Assembly (NCBI GenBank): GCA_964016885.1
Contig: OZ024745.1
Coordinates: 105,896,001-105,960,000, forward strand
Length of the DNA: 64,000 bases
DNA from: Eledone cirrhosa
Taxonomy: Eukaryota
Direction: 5' to 3'
The notes beneath the pieces are model-generated. The model did not search any database. It worked only from the letters and a program-made list of their open reading frames with translations, and was not told the origin of the DNA. This document shows, piece by piece, positions 56,190 to 64,000 of this stretch (position 1 is its first letter; every line of letters starts with the position of its first letter). Both the position numbers and the translations under genes were made by a program.

Positions 56190-58252
56190 TCTTCTGGTTT
56201 TATAATTTCACAAAGTTTTCCCAATAGAGAGAGAGTCGGTTTCTAACATAGACACAAGACACTCTCATTAGAATTTACACAACATCAACTAGGTAGATAT
56301 GTATGTATGCATGCATGTGTAGATATGGATGTTACTGTATGTGTGGATGTGGATGTTTTGAGTTCTATGTGTGCATGTGTATATGCTTTTGCATCTGTAC
56401 ATGTGTATATGCAGTTATTAGATGCAACATTTTTGGAATGTTTTACATATTTTTTACTGTTCCATTAATGGATTGTACTTGTAATTTCCTAACTAGTTGT
56501 GTTCCTTCTGTTCCTGTGAAGCCCAGCTTCTCAAGATTTGTATTGAGGCAGTAACTAACATATCCCAGTGCCCCAATAATCACAGGCATAAATCTGAAGG
56601 TGTAATTAGGGTGGAGTATCTGCAGATTTCTCATCAGTTCTGCATAAATATTCTCCTTTTCATTAAACTTTGATATTATATTGGCATCTGCTGGGCAGCT
56701 AATTTCCACTACTGTGCATGCTTTCTTTTCCCTGTCCCATATCATAATATCTGGTCTGTTATGCCTGCATTTTATTGGGGTTTTTACTGGAACATTCCAC
56801 CAGTACTCTTTCATATTATATACATGGATGTCTTCGACATTGCTGTAGCTTTTAATGTGTTTATTATCGGGGCTATCTTTTTTACGAACTGCATTGTACA
56901 GTGTTTTGGCCACTACATCATGCCTCATAGGTAGATAGTACCGCGATGTCATCTTTGGACAGCTGCTGATGACATGGGTGATATCATCGATGTTAGTTCT
57001 GCAGAGTCTGCACTTGTTATCACATCTAGGTGTTTTGCCTGCATCCCTATCTCTTTTGTGAATCAGGTATTTCGTGTTAACCTCCTGTTCTTGGATTGCA
57101 AAAGCGTATCCTTCAAATTGTGAGCCAATATAGCGGTTGTTGGTCCAAGATAGACTACTTTCCTTATCTACATTACTCTCACTCTGGAACTTCCTGGCAA
57201 CATATCCATGCATGATTTTTTTTGCTGATAAGCATGCAGTCTTTCATCCATGGATTCGCTGCGATACTGCTGAGCGACATCACTTGGTGTGAGTTTTGGA
57301 TTATCACACGGAATATCTCTCGAGGAGTTCCTTCCCAACTCTCATGATCTCATCTGTTTCATGCAGATAGACTTGCTCGAGAAACGGGCTCCTACGCTTC
57401 GAGGTTCGTAGATGTTGTCGGAGAGATATGATGCGACATCCAAATGTTTTCTGGACTGATGTTAGGCCTCTGCCCCCCCTGCTTACGCTTCGAGTAAAGG
57501 CGGTCTATGTCACTATTGATGTGGAAGTTTCCGGTGTTGTTTAGTATTTTTCGAGTTCCAACATCAACGGCTCGGATTTCGTCTATCGTCCAATTGAGTA
57601 TTCCAAACGTTGGTGTTAGGACAGGCACAGCAAACACATTGTGAGCCACTGTTTTGTTTTGCGCAGAGGGTCCCGATGACCACATCTTTCTTAATCGGGT
57701 GGTGTATTCCCTGGTTACGCGTTCTTTATTACAGACACCATTATAGGATATGTTCTCATCTATCCCCAGGTATCTGTAGCAGTCCTCATCAGATATCGGT
57801 GAAACAGTTAGGCCATTGATGACAATATTGCTAGATTGGGTTGTTGTTTTACCCGCCGCTTTACAGTCATGTATGAGTATTTATCTTGGCCAAACTCCAT
57901 TCCAATATCCTTTGAGAACGTTGTAACCAGGACAAGATTTTTCTTCATCCCATCCATGTTCTTGGCATAGAGTTTCAGATCGTCAACAAAGAAATTATGT
58001 GTTAGATTCGTATTTCTGTTCTCCTGTTAGCCAATGATGTATCCCTCACATTTCTTGAGCAGAAAGGACAGGGGGTATAATGACAAGATGAATAATATCA
58101 CAGAGAGACTGTCCTCCTGAAATATACCCCTGCAATATTTTATTTTATCAGTGAAAATAGAGTCCTCACTCTCTGTCTTTAACCTTAGAATAGTAGCCCA
58201 AGAAGAATACAGCCTCTCTATGGCTCTGACAATAATGTCTGGGACTTTAGCA
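56186..58252 (-). pseudogene. 5'-truncated R4/Dong LINE (RT, zinc knuckle, RLE) between (TA)/(CATA) tracts
   Basis: RGIFQEDSLS, FFVDDLKLYA, CRLCRTNIDDITHVISSC, RHDVVA, NRPDIMIWD, VVEISCP; several frameshifts. Confidence 0.93.
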
Positions 58253-58295
58253 ATGTATGTATGTATGTATGTATGTATGTATGTATGTATGTATG

Positions 58296-58326
<31 letters not shown>

Positions 58327-58339
58327 GTATGTATGTATG

Positions 58340-58370
<31 letters not shown>

Positions 58371-58514
58371 GTATGTAGGTATGTATGTATGTGTGCATCT
58401 ATGTTTGTTTATGTTTGTATGCAGGATATCCGTCGATAAAAGACCAAAGAAAACAATTGTGCAATCTATTGCAAAAGAGTATATTTAGTATAATTAAAAT
58501 TTCATACGCTGAAC

Positions 58515-58595
58515 ATGTATACGTTTCGGGATTCAGTTATAGGCACCACTATATAGTGGAGGGCCCGTTTCAATACTGGCCCCTCATCAGGCGCC
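58515..58595 (-). ncRNA. Hammerhead-like motif with long stem II
   Basis: CTGATGA ggg...ccc GAAA CG TA; stem I pairs poorly. Confidence 0.5.
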
Positions 58596-58966
58596 CGGAC
58601 AAAATTATGAGAAAAACCGGTAACTCATTAAATTTTGCTTTGATACAGTGGACAGGCCCTATTTCGAGGAAAATGGTGGCATCTGCCGAGTTCCGAATTT
58701 CTCAGCGTTAGCACGTCTGTGGAAACTCTGTAGACCGTCTCTAAAAATATTCATATTTACTAATTCTTTACATCAATAGCGACATTTGAGATTTCTCTTA
58801 TCTTGTGTGAACTGGGAATTCAGTTCAATAGTTTATTTTTTAATCATCTGAAGATGGAAATGTACAGATTAAATGTGTATATCAATTTGTATATTTAGAA
58901 TTTGGTTATACGAATTTAACGTAATATTCTTCCAATATTCGTAGCTAATTTTTCCATCTATGTATA

Positions 58967-59026
<60 letters not shown>

Positions 59027-59059
59027 ATGTAACGTCATTTTTATTATTATCATTATGAT

Positions 59060-59575
59060 TATTATTATTATTATTATTATTCTTTGAGTCTCAGTCATTG
59101 ATGTTATTTAACTGGAAAGTTTGTTGAAATGAATATCAAGCCACTACCTGCAGCCTCAGATATTCAGGACGTATCGGAGAGTTCTTGCTGTTCCCAGCAA
59201 GCATGCCTTTTGAAGTGTTCCAAAAAGCGGGGCGGAGCCAATTTTCTTTAACCATCCCTGGAAACTTTTTGAGATAGTACCTAGTGTGCCTATGACAATC
59301 GGGACGACTCTGACTTCATGGCAGTTTCAAATCCTTTTTACCTCCCACTTTAAGTCCTGGTGTCGGTTAATTTTCTCCCTCTCCTTCTCTTGCACTCTCG
59401 TGTCGAATGAGCAGGCCACATCCACAATCAGGCACGATCTTTTTCCTTGTCCAAAACCACCAGGCCAGGTCTATTGTGTGCCAGTTTCTTGTCCGTCTGT
59501 ATCCTAAACTCCCACAATTGTTTTCTAACACCGACTCTGGCTTATGCCCATACCACTTCTCAGAATGGGGTAAAT
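59060..59575 (-). pseudogene. R4/Dong LINE RLE end flanked by (TAA)n
   Basis: CLIVDVACSFD, VRVVPIVIGTLG, KACLLGTARTLRYVL on the minus strand. Confidence 0.8.
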
Positions 59576-59579
59576 TGTT

Positions 59580-60802
59580 TACTTTTAATTATTATTATTA
59601 TTACAGTTGCATTTATCTTGCTTTATGTTCATACGAGTTATCACCAAGTCACAACCAATGACCTCAAGAGACAACAAGGTCCGCCATGTTCAAGAAAGAA
59701 CATACATATTCATACATGCATCTTTAGTGTTTAGACTTGTGATGTACTTATATTGACAGGATCTTCCTTAGTATATGGGCAGTTCCCATTAGTACTATCT
59801 TTTGTATTTCTCCTATACGCGGGTTTCCTGGGATTTGCGATAAGTAGTCATTAGACCCCTTAGGTATCATTCCCAGAGCGCCTACAACCACTGGTATTGT
59901 TTTAGTTCTCAATTTCCACATTTTTCCAATTTTTATCTCCAGGTCCTTATACTTGCTCAATTTTTCAAATGTTTTTATAGATACATTCTTGTCTATTGGA
60001 ACAGACATATCAATTAGCAGGCATACCCTCTTTTGAAAGTCCTTCAATATTATATCAGGTCTATTTGCATCTATTTTTCGGTCTGTTTGGATGCTAAAGT
60101 TCCACAAGATTGAGATGTGATCTTTTTCAAGTATGGGAGGTGGTTGATGCTCCCACCAATTCTTTTGATGGGGCAGGTCAAAATGCTTACACATTATCCA
60201 ATGTATGTATTGTGCAGCTCTGTCATGCCTGTTTAGGTATTCGGTTGGAGCTATAGGACTGCACATTGAAATTATATGGTCAATGGTCTCTGGTTGTTTT
60301 TTGCATACACGGCATAATGGGCTGCACCCATTTTTTATTATGTTGGCTTGGTAATTTTTTGTTGGCAGACACTGATCTTGTGCCGATATAATCAGTCCTT
60401 CAGTCTCCGATTTCAGTCCAGAGGATGCCAACCACTGATGGGTTAAAGTTTTGTCAACATCAGGATTGTTAGCTCGCTCTGGGTATTTTCCATACAGAGG
60501 CTTTTCTTGCCATTTCTTAGCCAGTTTCTGTAGCAGTTCTTTCTTTGCAGTTACTTTTACCTGCTTTGCTTTTTCTGTGTTTTCCATTTCAGCAGTAAAT
60601 GGGACTTCTGAAATTCGTAGTCCATTACTGTATCTTTGTGCATCTTTTGTAATGGAATATGATCTTTTGATGCTTTCGTGTTTCAAAACGAGTTTGATCA
60701 TCCAATCATGTGATTCCCTTAGATATGTAGATAATCCAATTGTTGCAGTTTTCAACGCAATGTCTAACTGGATTAACCCACGTCCTCCTTCTTTCCTAGG
60801 GA
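59580..60802 (-). mobile_element. 5'-truncated R4/Dong LINE in (TAA)n; open 335-aa C-terminal ORF 59748-60755
   Basis: GLKSETEGLIISAQDQ, CRVCKKQPETIDHIISMC, RHD, NRPDII, IDMSVP, KYKDL, IPVVVGALG. Confidence 0.93.
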
Positions 60803-60870
<68 letters not shown>

Positions 60871-60977
60871 GCATTTGTGTTATATGCTTGAGCGCTAATG
60901 ACCCTGTGATGAACAGTCGAAACTTCAGAGTAACATGACTCACAATACAGCCTTACAATATATATATATATATATAT

Positions 60978-61290
60978 CCTCAGTATACACTGAGGATGAA
61001 AAACTCAGAGCTGTATGGGAGCATCCCAAAAGTCAGCTCAAAAGTGACACAGAGAAGACTGAGGTTGGCTGGACATGCTCACCGACATCCAGAGTTGACA
61101 TTGCACTCAGTGCTCCTTTGGGAGCCCCTACATGGACACACTAGAAGAGGAAGACCAAGGTTAACATATGTTGATGCCCTAAGGACAGACACTGGTCTGT
61201 TGGAGATGCAGGATATGGCAGCGATAATGAGGGACAGAGACCGCTGGAGAGAACTCGTCCATGGATCTCGGGAATTTTACCCGCCTTAGA
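60978..61290 (+). mobile_element. RTE-clade LINE 3' end
   Basis: RRLRLAGH..R, LLWEP.HG..RRGRPRLTYVD, DRDRWRELV. Confidence 0.85.
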
Positions 61291-61527
61291 TAGCTATATA
61301 TATATATATATGTAAATATATATAAATATATATATATAACATATTGTTGGTTCGCACACATACACCCATCAAGTAAATAAGCAAATCGGCCCTAATAAGT
61401 ATTTTTGAAATATATGTATCTTGAGCAAAATTTAACCTCCCATTCGCCGTCGATGGTAAACAGGAATCTGCTATACATTGTGTTTCATCTCTCGTTATTA
61501 CACCAAAGATAGGAATACCTTTATGTA

Positions 61528-61589
<62 letters not shown>

Positions 61590-61600
61590 GTGTATATACT

Positions 61601-61654
<54 letters not shown>

Positions 61655-62474
61655 CATTTAAGTCATGTGTTAGACCTCTGCCGAGTGCAACACCTATTAC
61701 ACTATAAAATTTATCGATTGCAATTCCAACTCTACTTCTCGATGAAAACCTTTTGTTATGAATCCTATGGACTCATAAAATGCAATTTTCAACCCTCTTT
61801 AAATCATTCCATTATACGAAATGAACCACCAAAGAAATAATTTTGCGGTACTATGACCTTTTAGAATTAGCAGCCATCTCTTCATCAAATCACACATGAT
61901 ATTTGACAATATAGTTCTGGTCTCAGTACTAAATAACAACTTCGCTGCTACCTGCTCCAAACTCCTCAACTAAACAATAGTAGATTACATCAGAGAATAT
62001 AACTATATAAATATGCCATGCGTTGATTGTCAGTCTGTATACCACATGGCTGAACACTAATTGGAATTTGTTAGTTATATAACCAGCGTCCATGAATTAC
62101 ACATTTTTTTGATAGCATCTTTATGCCACATTGAATAAGTTACAGGATAGCTACATCTGATAGATGAGAAAGCCAATACAATTTTGGAAATTGTTACTCA
62201 TGGAATTGTCGTTTCTTGAATTAGAAAAAAGGCCCAATTGTGTTAATTTTTAGTTATCACCAAATATATTTCAGACACATTCACTATATTATGTAATTAT
62301 CTATGATTTCATATAGTTTCGCAAAGACTAGTGTGAAATAATAGACACATAGGGAAATATTGTGATTCTAGATACCTCGAATAAATAGTAAATTATTTGA
62401 GTATTTTTACCAGGTAACGTTTTTAGGTTAGGAGTTCTTTTTCTTCCTTAGATTGTTTCAGAACGCGTTTGAAT

Positions 62475-62690
62475 CATGGTTTCTAATTCAGGCACAAGGC
62501 TAGTCGGGGGAAGGGAAACTCGATTAAATAGAATTCTAGAATTCAGTTCACTACTGATGCTATATTTTATCGGCATCGTAAGGATGAATGTCAAAACTAA
62601 CGCAGTGTGATTTGAACTCAGAACATAAATGGGTGTGGTTATATGCAACAAAACATGTCAGATGCTTTACCAATTCTGATAATCTTTTGT
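62475..62690 (-). mobile_element. Degraded SINE
   Basis: ggcacaaggc...taaggatgaa...gatttgaactcag. Confidence 0.65.
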
Positions 62691-63197
62691 TAAAGATTTT
62701 TCAGCTCTACGTTTTCTACTTGCAATTGTGTTCATAAGTTGAATTAGAGAGCGACCTCAGTATGTACTGGTAATTATATCATTATAGCATTGCCAATTCA
62801 CGTTCATGTCTAAACAAGTATATATGAACGATAGCTTGCTACGTGATAGTTCATGCGTCAAGTTTATTTTGTAGAGATCCATAGTTTAATAGGTATATTG
62901 AGGTGAGTGTTCCTGGTTCAGATACAGAAAATGAGAAACTAAGATTACAGTGTATTATGAAATGATCTGAGAGAAGGAATTTCTCAACTGGTATGGATGT
63001 ATGGAAGGGATTGAATTAGTTGTAGGGAACTAAGTACACTATCAATTTGTTTTACCTTTTAACTTTAGTAAGATTTATAAAAGGAAAATATGAATAATGT
63101 ATCGATTAATGCTTTCACTGGAGCTGAAATGGAAATGCTTGGTTTCAAAGAATTTGTGGGTTAAGCACCAATAGGCACATAAATACACACCCATACC

Positions 63198-63243
<46 letters not shown>

Positions 63244-63246
63244 AGA

Positions 63247-63341
63247 ATGTACGACCCCGAGACGTTTCGACGGCTATTTCTGGACTAAAGTAAGAATTTG
63301 TTTAGTCTGGTAAATAAATAGCCGAACTTTTCAAGGGTACT
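63247..63341 (-). ncRNA. Hammerhead motif, U3-A8 variant with long stem II
   Basis: accc TTGAAAA g..cggctattt...aaatagccg tc GAAA CG TC tcgggg; directly beside (TA)n. Confidence 0.7.
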
Positions 63342-63929
63342 TCCTTATATGGAAAGATTGTAGTTGTCAAGGGGTGATCAAAATTTGTAACGGACACAGA
63401 AAAGTCTAACATGGCAGTATTGCGGGGTGGGGATGGCTGAACTTGCCTTTAGAACGATAGGGGAGTGGGTAGAGGCGGTCAAGCGTAGAAGGTGAAATCT
63501 ACACACCAAATTCTAAGGAATGTGTATGAAAGTAGGCCAGAGGAAGTTGGCAAAAAATGGTATTATTAGAAAGTGGAGGAGGGACGTTATAGAAATAGTA
63601 AAACAAATGCGATTAGGGGACAAAGAAAATATATAATAAAAAAGAATATAATAAAAAATGAGAGAAAGATGAAACAGAAAGTAAGATTGGAAAGTGAGAA
63701 GTGAAATAACACAGCTGCTATATTTCGGCCAAAGCCACAGAATGAGTTGCTAGATGAGAATAATTGAAAAATTTAGAATTAAAAATTAATACCACATCTC
63801 TGGGGTCTAACACAGCTGCTATGAATAGTTAGTATAGCGTAATCGGCGAATGCTATCTGTAAGTTACTGGGGTGGGTACTGAGGTAAAGAGGCCCGATGC
63901 GCGTTCTTTATTGTTATCCATTTTGTAGA

Positions 63930-64000
<71 letters not shown>

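Noticed and set aside
60895-60935. Further hammerhead candidates (also ~30106 and ~52365)
   Set aside because: Core or stem I too degenerate (CUAAUGA, uncompensated U3/G8, missing GAAA); possibly decayed copies but not supportable.

Overview
AT-rich, microsatellite-dense animal DNA with no confidently recognisable host gene. The SINE, LINE and microsatellite mix suggests a coleoid cephalopod such as an octopus; this is inference only. The window is mostly retroelement debris. It holds about 14 tRNA-derived SINEs, about 8 decayed R4/Dong-type LINE pieces next to (CATA)n or (TAA)n, RTE and Tx1-like fragments, small MITEs, and a 45-bp minisatellite that explains the long ORFs at 2.7-5.5 kb. It also holds C-terminal GIY-YIG Penelope-like elements (PLEs). 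The main signal is not in the ORF track. More than 15 type I hammerhead-ribozyme (HHR) motifs from about 10 apparently unrelated sequence families sit in or beside (TA)n tracts. Most have self-complementary stem III, and three families carry a compensatory U3-A8 core. About 10 insertions are fold-back palindromes in which only one arm keeps a 3' tail and the other stops at a microhomology with the target microsatellite. Coordinates were read by eye and may be off by several bases.
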